Origin: a virus
Taxonomy: Duplodnaviria; Heunggongvirae; Uroviricota; Caudoviricetes
Virus record (IMG/VR): IMGVR_UViG_3300028887_000066
Span: 115,550-179,549 of that record
Reading direction: 5' to 3' (one strand)
Length of the DNA stretch: 64,000 nt
Made by a program: the position numbers and the translations under genes. This document shows positions 39,501 to 50,422 of this stretch, one piece after another. The notes under the pieces are model-generated. The model saw only the letters and a list, made by a program, of their open reading frames with translations. It had not been told where the DNA came from and made no database searches. Each line of letters begins with the position of its first letter. Within the stretch, counting starts at the first letter, position 1.

Positions 39501-40119
39501 ACCTTCGACATATCCATATTATCTTTAATATAACAATAAATCTTGAACCGCCAAACTTTTTCCAATGAATTTTGCAAAAAATGAAGAGAAAATGCAAAAT
39601 TCTCATCTTTTATAATTGACTGATAATCAATAACTTATGAGGCACTTTTGCGGAGGAGGGATGCCTTCATGTTCTCATCTCTATTGTATTTAATATAATA
39701 AAATCCTTGGAACGGCCAAATAATATGGGAAGAAAATAATATAAAAATACTGACCCGAAGATTTGGTGGTTTCAAATAAAATGTTATATTAAATACAATA
39801 GAAACACCCGCGCAGACACATCCGTGGACAGACTCATGTCATCACGGAATGTACTGATTTACAGTAAGTTATAACTGCCGTCAAATTCCTCAGAAAATTG
39901 AGAAAAAAGTCAGAATTTCCTTGGTTTTCTCAGAAAGTTTATTATATTAAAATCAATTTACTTGCGGCGTATCCCGCAGGCAAGGAGGCATCATCCCTGT
40001 CGGGTTCACGTGTTGTTTCCGTTAAGGTTTTTTAGGAAAAGAAAAATGCGCATTTGTTTGGTCACGTCACAGAAAAGCCTTATCTTTGCAGTAGGAAAAA
40101 CAAAAGCAAGACAAGCATT

Positions 40120-40347
40120 ATGAAAATAGTATCAAGGTTCAAGGACGATTCCGATGGCAGATTGCTCGTCATTTACGAGACACCGAGCGGCAACTTGGTG
40201 GGAGAAGTGTATGCTGACGGAGTATATAAGAGGGGCAAGTGGAGTAGCCGCGCAACATTCCGTTGGCAGGATAAGGACGCATCAGAATATAGGGTGCGTG
40301 AGTATTTCGGTTTCCTAAAGGATAGCGTAACACAAATCAACAAATAG
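40120..40347 (+). CDS. Early hypothetical protein
   Basis: ATG 40120 after promoter. Confidence 0.7.
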   Translation: MKIVSRFKDDSDGRLLVIYETPSGNLVGEVYADGVYKRGKWSSRATFRWQDKDASEYRVREYFGFLKDSVTQINK

Positions 40348-40356
40348 GCAAATACT

Positions 40357-40557
40357 ATGAGGTACATCAATGGTGACAAGGTTAAGGTTGTCATTCCGCA
40401 GTTCAAGGATTTGTACGGAGGGCATAACGTATGGGTGATAGACCATATCAAGGTGCAGAGCAAGGGTTATCCGAGCCTATACATCTGCTACAACGATTCG
40501 GACAAGAACAAGATGCTGTTTCATTTCTTGGAAGAGGACGTTGAGAAAATAGAATAA
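40357..40557 (+). CDS. Early hypothetical (SH3/KOW-like)
   Basis: GDKVKV motif. Confidence 0.6.
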   Translation: MRYINGDKVKVVIPQFKDLYGGHNVWVIDHIKVQSKGYPSLYICYNDSDKNKMLFHFLEEDVEKIE

Positions 40558-40967
40558 ATCAGTCTTAAATCTGTGTTCATAATTGGCGGCACTGACCCGA
40601 TGGGTTGGTGCTGTTTTCTTTTTGTATTTCTGTCTGAACGGAGAATCGGCGGAGGACACGTCGTCCTGAGCTTTACAGTAAGAACGAATTGAATTTAATA
40701 TAATAAAAGATTCGGAGTGTGCAAATAAATCCCCTATTATTTTTCAATTATTTTTGTGATTTTTCTGCCGTAATTATTTGGAGGTTTGAAAATAATTGTT
40801 ATATTAAATACAATTTAGACACAGGCATGAAGGCGTGCTTCAGCCAGGTGATGTCGATGTTCGGGCTTGGTTTTCCGTTAACATTATTTAACTGAAAGTT
40901 TTCTGTGAAAAGCTTTGCAGTTTGGGAAAATTGTTGTATCTTTGCACTATAGAAAAGAAATAAGAGT

Positions 40968-41300
40968 ATGAGTAAGAAAAAGGTTAAGCGGTATGACATT
41001 AACAAGTCGGCAGCAGTAGGTAATGAAATCATCTGCCCCGTATGCGGAAGTCACTTTGTAAAGAAGACCTATCAGCAGGCATTTTGTTCAACAGAGTGCA
41101 AGGATCGGTATTGGAATCAGAAACGCAGAGGCAACGGATATTTTAGGAAGTACAACGCAGAGCATCCCGAAAGGTTAGAGCGTATAGGCATTGACTTGGA
41201 GACTTGTGGTTACGACCCCGATGGTTGTCTTGGAGATCCTGAATGGGAAAGTCTTGCACAGATAACTTTAGACCCCGATTGTGAAGAAATTGCTTGGTAA
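40968..41300 (+). CDS. Early zinc-finger protein
   Basis: CPVC...FCSTEC. Confidence 0.75.
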   Translation: MSKKKVKRYDINKSAAVGNEIICPVCGSHFVKKTYQQAFCSTECKDRYWNQKRRGNGYFRKYNAEHPERLERIGIDLETCGYDPDGCLGDPEWESLAQITLDPDCEEIAW

Positions 41301-41404
41301 TTTTTTCCTTAAATAAGGTTAAAAAGTTTGGTCAGTTCAAGAAAAAGTCTTATCTTTGCAGTAGAAATAAGAACAATAGCAAACAACTAAAAGAAACAAG
41401 AATT

Positions 41405-41581
41405 ATGAACAGAGAACAGATTTTAGATGCAGTAAAGACTTTGGCGATGTCGCAGGGTTTCTATGGCAGGCTTTACGAAAGGCTGACCGATGGCACTTGT
41501 GAGAGTGATAGTTTCCTCGACCTTATGGAAGAGCAGAATTTTGGTGACACCGTGGATATGGTGCTTTGGCTTGAAAGTTAA
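41405..41581 (+). CDS. Early hypothetical protein
   Basis: ATG 41405; LAMSQGFYGRL. Confidence 0.7.
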   Translation: MNREQILDAVKTLAMSQGFYGRLYERLTDGTCESDSFLDLMEEQNFGDTVDMVLWLES

Positions 41582-41607
41582 GAATCAAATTTCAAATAGC
41601 AGGTAAC

Positions 41608-41799
41608 ATGGAAAAACTGATACAAGAATTTGCCGATGCTTGCAGGGAGAAGGGTTTGGCAGACAACAAGAAGATAGAGAAGTATATCTTTGATGTCGTG
41701 TATGCTGACTATAAAGGAAAGGCAAGCAAGGCTCACATTAAGAACGTGTGCGATGATATTGCAGAGAGTGTATGCTTGAAGTTAGGCATTGCGTGCTGA
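41608..41799 (+). CDS. Early hypothetical protein
   Basis: ORF followed by terminator. Confidence 0.65.
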   Translation: MEKLIQEFADACREKGLADNKKIEKYIFDVVYADYKGKASKAHIKNVCDDIAESVCLKLGIAC

Positions 41800-42084
41800 A
41801 AAGAAAAATAGTTTTGTGCCATATTGATTATAGTTTTAGGTTTTTAGTTATTGGGGTGTTGGTTGCTCGTGATGAGTAGCCAACATTTTTTTATGGTCGG
41901 ATTATGCCTCGGATGTCTGAAGGCGTTGAGTCACAGTTAGTTACAATTGATTTTAATATAATAATAATCTTGGAATAGCCAAATATTTTGGCATAATTTT
42001 TTTCTTAAATAATGTTAAGAAATTTGTATAATTCAGATATTATTCGTACCTTTGCGGTAGAAATAAAAAAACAGAATAAGTAAT

Positions 42085-42414
42085 ATGAAAGAAAAGGAAT
42101 TTACAGACGAGTTCGAGTATTCAGAAAGCGTTGACTTAGGCAAAGGTAAGCATAGGCAGGTCATTATCTACAAAAACAAGGAGGTCGGGTATCTTGTGTC
42201 AAAAGAGAAAAATTTGCTTGCACCGATAGAAGAGAGTTACGTTATCCCCGATGTCGAGGTTGGTTTGTCAGAGCCTACGGAATCCATGCTTGAAGGGAAA
42301 AAGGGTTGGATAGACTTCAAGGTATTCGTTGATGATTATGATGCAGCCTTTGCGTATGTGAAGCAGAACTTTGAGCAGGTTGCATACCTATTTGAGGTTG
42401 GTGACTATGATTGA
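42085..42414 (+). CDS. Early hypothetical protein
   Basis: Promoter plus ORF. Confidence 0.7.
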   Translation: MKEKEFTDEFEYSESVDLGKGKHRQVIIYKNKEVGYLVSKEKNLLAPIEESYVIPDVEVGLSEPTESMLEGKKGWIDFKVFVDDYDAAFAYVKQNFEQVAYLFEVGDYD

Positions 42415-42543
42415 TTAGTATTTACAAGGAAAGTTAGAAAAACTAATTATTTTCATAACTTTTTTCTTAAATAGTGTTAAATAATTTGATAGTATCAATT
42501 ATTTTTCGTAACTTTGCAGAGTAATAATAAAACAAGTAGTATT

Positions 42544-42828
42544 ATGGCAAAGCAGATTACAATAGAGCAAGCACTGAATGGCAAAAGAGATTTCTATAGA
42601 AAAACTTTTCAGAGCAACGGATATTATCCGATAGACAAGTATGTGTATCACGCTGATACTGACGAGTTCGAGCAGTTCGTTCAAAAGACAAGTGGTTGGA
42701 AGTCGTGGGGGATTTCCAAAGCCGCAGGTATAAGCAATAAAGATTGGCTTAGGTACATCTTTGAGCATACAAGTATAATTCTTACATGGGAGGAAATGAC
42801 AGATAATTATAGTCACGACGCTAATTAA
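42544..42828 (+). CDS. Early hypothetical protein
   Basis: ATG 42544 after promoter. Confidence 0.7.
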   Translation: MAKQITIEQALNGKRDFYRKTFQSNGYYPIDKYVYHADTDEFEQFVQKTSGWKSWGISKAAGISNKDWLRYIFEHTSIILTWEEMTDNYSHDAN

Positions 42829-43294
42829 AAATAACTAAAGAGAATTGCTCTTGTCGGTAACGGTTGCTTGTGAAAGCAGCCGCTATTTTTTTTTATATGT
42901 ATGTTTTGTTTTTTTCGTGTGAACCGTGATGAACCTGATGTTCGAGTGGGCCCTGAGCTTGGACAGTGGTTTCATATTACTTTTAATATAACAAAGTTAT
43001 TGAAAGGAGCAAGATTTCTGCAAGGAAAATTTGTTAATATGTGTTAAATGGATTTTAACATTATTTTCTTTGGTTTTTGTTTGGAGGTATGCAGATTTTT
43101 ATTATATTAAATTCAATTCGACAAGCCACGTGGCGTGCAGGCATGAGGCATCTTCTGTCGATGATGGCTGTATTTCCGTTTAATGTTTTTTAACTGAAAA
43201 TAAATGCCGCAAAGTTTGCATATATGGAAAAAAAGTCTTACCTTTGCAAAGGAATTAGGAATAAATAGTATTAACAAATAAACACTTGAAAGTT

Positions 43295-43669
43295 ATGTTA
43301 GACATTGCACAGATTATCAAGAAGAACCGAGAGGAAGCCTATGAACTCATTAAGAGTGTCGGAGGACGTATTGATTTCGTGGAGGGCATTATCAAAGGCA
43401 GCACGGACGATTCCGAGGACGATTGGAACGGAGACCCCAACGATGTTAGTCTGCCTTGGGTCATACTTGCGTTTGACGAGGAATTGGTAGATACGGCTGT
43501 ATTGGCTGTAAAGTGTGGAGAGAACGAGGGTGACATTGTTTTCCTTGGCTATGATGTTGCCGAATGGACTTGTTCGGGTTGGAGCAGTTATGCAGAGTGT
43601 TGCAGCAACACCGACAACGACATCTATCTCTTCGTGGATGAATGGCTGAAAGACCATAACAAGAAATAA
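43295..43669 (+). CDS. Early acidic hypothetical protein
   Basis: ATG 43295 after promoter. Confidence 0.7.
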   Translation: MLDIAQIIKKNREEAYELIKSVGGRIDFVEGIIKGSTDDSEDDWNGDPNDVSLPWVILAFDEELVDTAVLAVKCGENEGDIVFLGYDVAEWTCSGWSSYAECCSNTDNDIYLFVDEWLKDHNKK

Positions 43670-43702
43670 ATCCGATAGAGCCGCCACGCATTAGACATTG
43701 GA

Positions 43703-43739
43703 CTTGCGCTTACCCGATGGGTGGGCGCATTTCTTTTTA
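43703..43739 (+). terminator. Member of a repeated terminator family TGCGCTTGCCCG-TGA-GGGTGGGCGCA-T tract
   Basis: Related copies near 48414, 50196, 57693 and 62632. Confidence 0.8.
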
Positions 43740-44870
43740 TGCTGTCTGACCAGCAAGAAAGGAACCCTTAATCCCGTCCAGACAGGAGGTTTCACATTGT
43801 ATTTAATATAATATTTTATCTTGATTCACCAAATTTTTTTGAAACTTTTTTCAAAATTTTCTTGGTGGATTGAAGGAATTTATTATATTAAAATCAATTT
43901 TTATTTCCCGTATCCCGCGCAGGAAGGAGGCTACTTCACATTCAACATTATTATAAGTAATTGATAATGAATGAGTTACTATACAGAAGCCGAGAGATGG
44001 AAGGAACATCATCTGTCATGATTGGCTTACGAGTCAATTGATGTCGCATTGCGTTGATATGTATCTGATGCTTGTGTTTCGCTTGCCGATGCTGATGGGG
44101 GAATGGAACTATTGGTTCTGAGACTATGGCACGATTGTCATATTCAGATAAGAGGGTTATTTTTTAACATAAAAAGATGCGGAAACATTTGGCGATTTCA
44201 ATGAAATTGTTATATTAAACTCAATTATTATTAACTGTGCGACGCTCGTGTCCCCGCGCTACTTCACATCCAAATGGTTGTAATTAACTGATTATGAGCA
44301 AGTTAGACTGATGACATGATGAGATGGAACACACTGACGCAGACGTGTCTTCGAGTATGCTGATGGTCAAATGGGTTGGAGTGAATGGAACACAGATGTT
44401 CGGTATGACATGTCGATGGACAGCCCCTTCCAGGAAAGATCCAATTGCTTTTAATATAATAATAATCTTGGATTGCGCAAGAAAATTGGCAATTATTTTT
44501 TTATTTATTTTTCTTGGGTAAATCTTTGGTGGATTCGGATATTTTGTTATATTAAAACCAATAGGAATAGCCTTCTGAGTTCAGGAAGACGGCGTAAAAT
44601 CAGGGTTGTAATTAGTTGATTTACAAATAGTTACAAAAACAGTGAAATTTCGGTTTTTTCTTCATTTTTTTGCAAATTTGTGGTGTTTTTATTTGGCGGT
44701 ACGGATTATTTTATTATATTAAATACAATGAGTATGCCTGCCTTCCAGAGCTACAGCATCCTGTATGACGGCAGTGAATTTTTTTCTGAAAAAGTTGCCT
44801 TAAAATTTGGTGGTTTCAATTTTTATTCGTACCTTTGCAAAGGAAATAAGACAAAAGAGCATTAAAGACA

Positions 44871-45116
44871 ATGGAAACAAAGACAAGACCAATCGGCAAC
44901 GAGTTCCCCGTGACAAGACATAACGGAACGGCGGGCGGCACGCTTGTAATCCTAAAGGTGGTCGAGAATAACGACCTTCTGTGTACGAAGTGTTATTTTC
45001 ACCACAACGGCTGCTTTAGGAGGAATAGGGAGTATTTAGGTGCGTGTGCAGGTTCGGCACGCACGGACGGGAAAGGAGTTGTATTTGAGTTCCAACGTGT
45101 GAAATCATATATGTAG
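44871..45116 (+). CDS. Early Cys-rich hypothetical protein
   Basis: CTKCYF...C...GAC..SARTDGKGVVF. Confidence 0.7.
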   Translation: METKTRPIGNEFPVTRHNGTAGGTLVILKVVENNDLLCTKCYFHHNGCFRRNREYLGACAGSARTDGKGVVFEFQRVKSYM

Positions 45117-45126
45117 AAAAAAAAGT

Positions 45127-45402
45127 ATGCTATACTACGACATCAGCTATCATTTGAATGGAATCCTCTATCTTAGGCTTACGGATCCGAATGACTGTGC
45201 AGGAAAAGATTTGAAGCCGAGTTCGGTATATACGGAGATAAGCTTGAAGGACTCTCAAAGACCCACCAATGAAGTTGTCCTGCTTATGGATAATGTTAGT
45301 GATGAGATAAGACGGGAAGCCGAGGGTTTCATGAGCGAGTTCAATGAAAGGCATCAGACAAGATACAATTACAAGATGCGTGCAGGGATGCGGTTCTCTT
45401 AA
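45127..45402 (+). CDS. Early hypothetical protein
   Basis: ORF in operon. Confidence 0.6.
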   Translation: MLYYDISYHLNGILYLRLTDPNDCAGKDLKPSSVYTEISLKDSQRPTNEVVLLMDNVSDEIRREAEGFMSEFNERHQTRYNYKMRAGMRFS

Positions 45403-45937
45403 ATGGGAGCCGCTTCTTTATATGTATAATGGTACTCAATCGAGTACCTTTTTTTGTATCATACATGGCGGAACAGCTCTGACGACTGTCCAACAGGTAA
45501 GTTATAATTGAATTTAATATAATAAATAATCCGAGACGGCCAAATGTTTTCCAATGTTTTTCGTGCAAGTACACGTTTTTTATTGATGTGGAGTTACACG
45601 TTTTTTCTGTTATGCCGAGAAAAATAATTGCTTTTTTCCTTGGTGATTCCAATCTTTTTATTATATTAAATACAATATAGTAAAACAGCGGGACGCGGGT
45701 AAAAAACAATGAAAAAATTGTATAATTATCTGTATTTCAAATGATTATAGTTATTTTGTGGGATTTATGTCCCCGTGATGGAGGGTTCTGTGTATATATG
45801 CTGAATTGTTAAGAAAGGTTAAAGTTCAAAATTAGCTGAAAATAATTGTCTAAAAATTTGCAGGGTTCGGGAAAAATGACTACCTTTGCAACGTGATAGT
45901 TAAACAACGAGTTATTAACGCTTAAAATTTAGATGTT

Positions 45938-46675
45938 ATGTTACGCAAAATGACAATCGCCCCCACAATCACAAGAAGAAGTGATGAATTAACTGCTTAT
46001 CTGAATGATATAGCAAGGTATCAGCCGCTGACTGCTGACGAGGAAATAGAGTTGGCAGAGGCAATGCGCAATGGTGATGCAGCCGCAAAAGACCGCTTTG
46101 TAAAGGCTAATCTGCGCTTTGTGGTTTCAGTTGCCAAGCAATATCAAGGAATGGGTTTAGACCTTTTAGACCTTATCAACGAGGGTAATTTCGGTTTGCT
46201 CAATGCCGTTGAGAAGTTCGATGAAACAAGAGGTTTCAAGTTTATTTCGTTTGCCGTGTTTGAGATTCGTGCCGCCATTACAGCCGCCCTTTGCGACAAG
46301 AGCCGTTTGGTTCGTGTTCCTGCAAAGAAAGTAGGGGAAGTGGAAAACGTATCGGTTTCTATGGACGCGCCTATCGGTGGCAATGACGATGAAAACAAGA
46401 CCTATCTTGACACTTTCGCAAGTGACAATCGCACGGATTCGGGTTTTGATTTGGAAGATGCAAAGGTGATTCTTAACAGACTGCTTTCAAAGTTAGATGA
46501 TACAACGGCAAAGGGGTATGACCCCAAGGACAGAAAAATTATCTGCGCTATCTTCGGTATCGGGTGCAGGGAGTATTCCGAGTATGAAGTTTCCCTTATG
46601 TTCAACATAACAAAGGAGCGTGTGAGACAAAAGAAGTTTGAGATTATAGAGAAGCTGCGCAAGTATGTGGCTTGA
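45938..46675 (+). CDS. Sigma-70-family (RpoD/RpoH-like) factor, divergent region 2.3/2.4
   Basis: Region 1.2 AYLNDI; region 2 ANLRFVVSVAKQYQ, DLINEGNFGL, KFDETRGFKFISFA; region 4.2 TKERVRQ. Confidence 0.9.
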   Translation: MLRKMTIAPTITRRSDELTAYLNDIARYQPLTADEEIELAEAMRNGDAAAKDRFVKANLRFVVSVAKQYQGMGLDLLDLINEGNFGLLNAVEKFDETRGFKFISFAVFEIRAAITAALCDKSRLVRVPAKKVGEVENVSVSMDAPIGGNDDENKTYLDTFASDNRTDSGFDLEDAKVILNRLLSKLDDTTAKGYDPKDRKIICAIFGIGCREYSEYEVSLMFNITKERVRQKKFEIIEKLRKYVA

Positions 46676-47102
46676 TTAAGAGCCGCTAACTAACATAACC
46701 AAGTCGGTTGCCCCGTATGGAGTGACCGACATTTTTTATATCTGTGACAATCCTGACGGAACAGCGGGGCCCCTGACTCAGGATGGGGTTTATAAATTGA
46801 GTTTAATATAATAATTATCTTGTATCTGCCAAAGGATTTGCAAATTTTATTTGTTAAAATATGTTAATAAAAAAGTTTAAAAAAAGATGATGAAATGTTT
46901 GGTGGAATGAAGTTTTTTATTATATTAAAAACAATGGAATTGCCCCTGTTTACGGGCTTCTCCTCGACATCCAGCCGTGATCCATTGTTAAGACTTTTTA
47001 ACTAAAAATAATTGTGGTTTTGTTTGGTCAATTCAAGAAAAAGCCTTACCTTTGCAAAGGAAATAAGAAACATCAGTATTAACACTTAAACAAGTATCAG
47101 TT

Positions 47103-47627
47103 ATGAATCAGATTGAATTGCTTAACGGAATCAAGGCGATTAAGGGTTGTACTTTCGCCCACATTGAGTACATTACAGAGGAAAAGCTGCCGAAAAAGCT
47201 TGGTCTCGGTGTTGTGACGAAGTTCGTGTCGGGAGAGGTTCAGCTTAACTACGACTACGAAAATGCCGTGAATAACCGCTTGGAGAGGGCAGGTCTCGCT
47301 CGGACTTTCAGCGCACAGAGTTTGCCGTGGGGTGTGTGGGAAACACCTAACAAGGTCATTGAACACAAAGGAGAACTCTATCTCCGCTTCTACTGCGTGA
47401 AAAATGCAAAGATGCAGACAGAGTATTTCGTGGACGGTCGCCCTGCTTTGCAAAGTGAAATCGACATCATCAAGGCTTATAAGGAAAGCAAGTCAAAGGG
47501 TTCTGCCACACAGAGTGCAGAGGGGTTGGACGAGAATCAAGTTGAGCCGCGCAACGTGAAATTCTCCGCTATCACCGCCCTAAAGTGCGGCTCTATCTTC
47601 TACGATGCAGTACGCATTGCAGTATAA
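47103..47627 (+). CDS. Early hypothetical protein
   Basis: 174 aa; YENAVNNRL...LPWG. Confidence 0.8.
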   Translation: MNQIELLNGIKAIKGCTFAHIEYITEEKLPKKLGLGVVTKFVSGEVQLNYDYENAVNNRLERAGLARTFSAQSLPWGVWETPNKVIEHKGELYLRFYCVKNAKMQTEYFVDGRPALQSEIDIIKAYKESKSKGSATQSAEGLDENQVEPRNVKFSAITALKCGSIFYDAVRIAV

Positions 47628-48060
47628 GAGGTAACACTATCACATCAGAGAGTAACACAACATCAGACAAGTTCCCCACATCATTAACTTGGTGTGGGGT
47701 TCTTTCTTTTTATGTATCAACGAAGTTCAGAGGATACATCATCCTGCGGCGGGATACGGGAGGTTTTCTATTGTCTTTAATATAATGAAGTATTTGAATC
47801 TTGCAAGGATCTTGGCAATTATTTTTTATTTTTTTCTTTGTATTTTATTTGGTCATTCCGAATCTTTTGTTATATTAAATTCAATTTATAACTGCCGCCT
47901 TCCAGCTCGAAGAGTCGTCGTACCACGAGATATGGATGAAATGTTAAAAATTGTTTATACTTTAAAAATACATCATTTTTTGTTTGGCGGCTTGAAAATA
48001 AAGTCTTATCTTTGCGGCGTAGAAAGTTAAACAGATATTTAATAATAAAAGGCAGAACGT

Positions 48061-48378
48061 ATGAATAAGCAGGAAGTAATCACCGCATTAAGTGGTATGA
48101 AGTGCGAAATCGCAGAAGTCAGGGTTGACATCAGCTATGCAGGAAAAGTCAAGTTCCCAAACGAGAGCATCTTGGTTCGGTTGGTTGAAAATCCGAGCAA
48201 CGAAGATGAGATTGACAACGCAGAGCATTGGGATTTGTTCGACAATATCAAGGATTTTGAGAACGGCACGTACTACAAGCAGGGTGCTAACGAAACCTAC
48301 AGAACGCAGTACATCTCAAATTTCATCTCCGTCACCGAGTTCAAAGGCGACTATCAAAAGCTTCGGATAGCAGTATAA
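48061..48378 (+). CDS. Early hypothetical protein
   Basis: Promoter plus ORF. Confidence 0.7.
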   Translation: MNKQEVITALSGMKCEIAEVRVDISYAGKVKFPNESILVRLVENPSNEDEIDNAEHWDLFDNIKDFENGTYYKQGANETYRTQYISNFISVTEFKGDYQKLRIAV

Positions 48379-48870
48379 AAGAAAAAGTAACTTTTTATTA
48401 GCCGTGTTTAGAGTGCGCTTGCCCGTGAGGGTGGGCGCATCTTTTTTGTATATGCCCGCGTCAGACAAGAGACCACACTGAAGGCGGGAAGACGGCGGAT
48501 GATCCTATTGAATTTAATATAACATTTTTCCCGACCCGTGCAAGAAAATCAGCAACTTTTTTTGAAAAGTTTTCCATATTTTCCTTGGTGATTCCAATCT
48601 TTTTATTATATTAAAACCAATATATGAATTTTGCCTCCAGGAGGAGAAGAGAAATCGGTCATCACACAATATATTGATTTACAGATAGTTACAAAATATC
48701 TGGAAAAGATCTGGTAACATCCAGCAAACATGCAGATCACATGCAAATTTTCCAAATGTTAAATTTTGTGGATATGGTGAAAATAATTGCCTAAAAATTT
48801 GTCAGTATGAAAATAAAGCCGTACCTTTGCATCAGATTCAATAAGTTAAACAAATAAACAAACACCAGTT

Positions 48871-49089
48871 ATGAAAGAATTAAAGGAGTTCAAGGCATCA
48901 GTTTGGTGCGTATTTGCAATGTTCGCGTTACTTTTGGGTTGGTTGACATATTATGACAATCCTTATTTGAATGTAGTGGTCATACCGATAGCGGCAATGG
49001 CTGTGCTTCTTCTTGCGAGTTGGTTGCAGGAAACAGAGTTCAAGGTTCGTGGCAGATTCCTTACTCGGTTCTTCAACGGAAATAAATAG
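48871..49089 (+). CDS. Early two-TM membrane protein
   Basis: Two hydrophobic helices. Confidence 0.7.
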   Translation: MKELKEFKASVWCVFAMFALLLGWLTYYDNPYLNVVVIPIAAMAVLLLASWLQETEFKVRGRFLTRFFNGNK

Positions 49090-49514
49090 GGGATTCGTTT
49101 TTGGTTCATAGGTTAATAGTTTTAGGTTAGTTATTGTTCGGATAGGGTTGCTCGTGAGAGTAGCCCTATTTTCATATCAACACGTGGAGTTCCTCCTGAG
49201 CAGGATGAGAAAACGGGTAGTTTTTCATTGAATTTAATATAATAAAAATTTTGTAATAACCAAATGACTTTGTATGTAAATCAGCGGAAACGCCAAAATT
49301 TTTATGGATTCCGCAAGTTTACGCACATAATTTTTCTGAAAAATTTTTCAGAAAAAGCTTGGTGGATTCGGAGATTTTATTATATTAAAACCAATAGGAA
49401 TAAACTGTGCGTCGTCCAGGACTACAGGATGATGTTCCAGGATAATTTTATTGCAAAATAATCCCTAAAATCTTTGGTGGTGTCAGAAAAAAGCCTTATC
49501 TTTGCAATGTAAAA

Positions 49515-49793
49515 ATGAAACAAGGAATGGATAAGAGATTTATCATCGTAGGTTTTTCGGAGGGCATAGGCCATACGCTCCAATTAGGAAACACGCTTGC
49601 ATGGTGTTTCAGCAGACCCGTAAAGTCATATAAGAATTTAGCCCCCGCAGTAAAAGAGGCGTGGAGGGTAAATGCAAGGTGGAAGTGTGACAGGGTTGTT
49701 GTGTATGAGATTGAAATCGGCGACAGAATATCCTGCTCCTTCTTCAAGGATTGGGAGGATAGAATAAGATTCGAGATTAACAATAAGAAGTAA
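49515..49793 (+). CDS. Early hypothetical protein
   Basis: Promoter plus ORF. Confidence 0.6.
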   Translation: MKQGMDKRFIIVGFSEGIGHTLQLGNTLAWCFSRPVKSYKNLAPAVKEAWRVNARWKCDRVVVYEIEIGDRISCSFFKDWEDRIRFEINNKK

Positions 49794-49804
49794 AATGTAC
49801 AGAT

Positions 49805-50161
49805 ATGGCTAAGAAGGTTCAAAAAGAAACAGCTTATTTTGATGTAAGCTTTGACAAGCTGGAATGTTTTGAGCTTGTGATGAAACTTGGCGATGCAAAG
49901 GCTTGCTGTCATTCGGGAAACTGTGATGATGATTGTGAGATTGTTCGCAAGGAAAGATACATCAGAAAGCAGCTTAACAAGATAAGCAATGCACAATTGG
50001 AGGCTGCAATACGGGAATACGGAGTTGACTTTGAAGAATACCTTGGGAAGGAAATTCCTCGCAATGTCCTTGAAATATATATATTGTGTGGCTTGCGGCA
50101 GGTGATATTATGGATGATGTGTATGACAGAGAAAAAATGCTGCATAATGATTAGATTCTGA
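49805..50161 (+). CDS. Early hypothetical protein with probable frameshift at (AT)5 50075-50084
   Basis: An alternative frame gives IVWLAAGDIMDD...stop at 50154. Confidence 0.6.
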   Translation: MAKKVQKETAYFDVSFDKLECFELVMKLGDAKACCHSGNCDDDCEIVRKERYIRKQLNKISNAQLEAAIREYGVDFEEYLGKEIPRNVLEIYILCGLRQVILWMMCMTEKKCCIMIRF

Positions 50162-50422
50162 TTCTTGTTTCATATATATTATTTTATGTTCGGGTTGCGT
50201 CTGTCCGCAAGGATAGGCGCATCTTTCGTATATCTATGTACTCAATCGAGTACCTTTCAACAGTTCATCAGTGTCCACACGAGTCTGGACAGTTGGATAA
50301 TAATTGGTTTTAATATAGCAATAATCCTGAAACCACCAAATTTTATTCAATAAAAAACGAAAAATGTTTGGTCAGTCCGAAAAATAATCGTATCTTTGCA
50401 CCGAAAACAAACATAAGAAGAT

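Noticed and set aside
39254-39577. Minus-strand 107-aa ORF over the G-rich element
   Set aside because: Low-complexity Pro-rich translation of G tracts; it overlaps motif units.
47585-48030. ORFs spanning motif units (also 44324, 44680, 49264, 53809, 62631)
   Set aside because: Their shared FVILN/YYIK peptides are just translations of the DNA motif; they lack start contexts and cross terminators.
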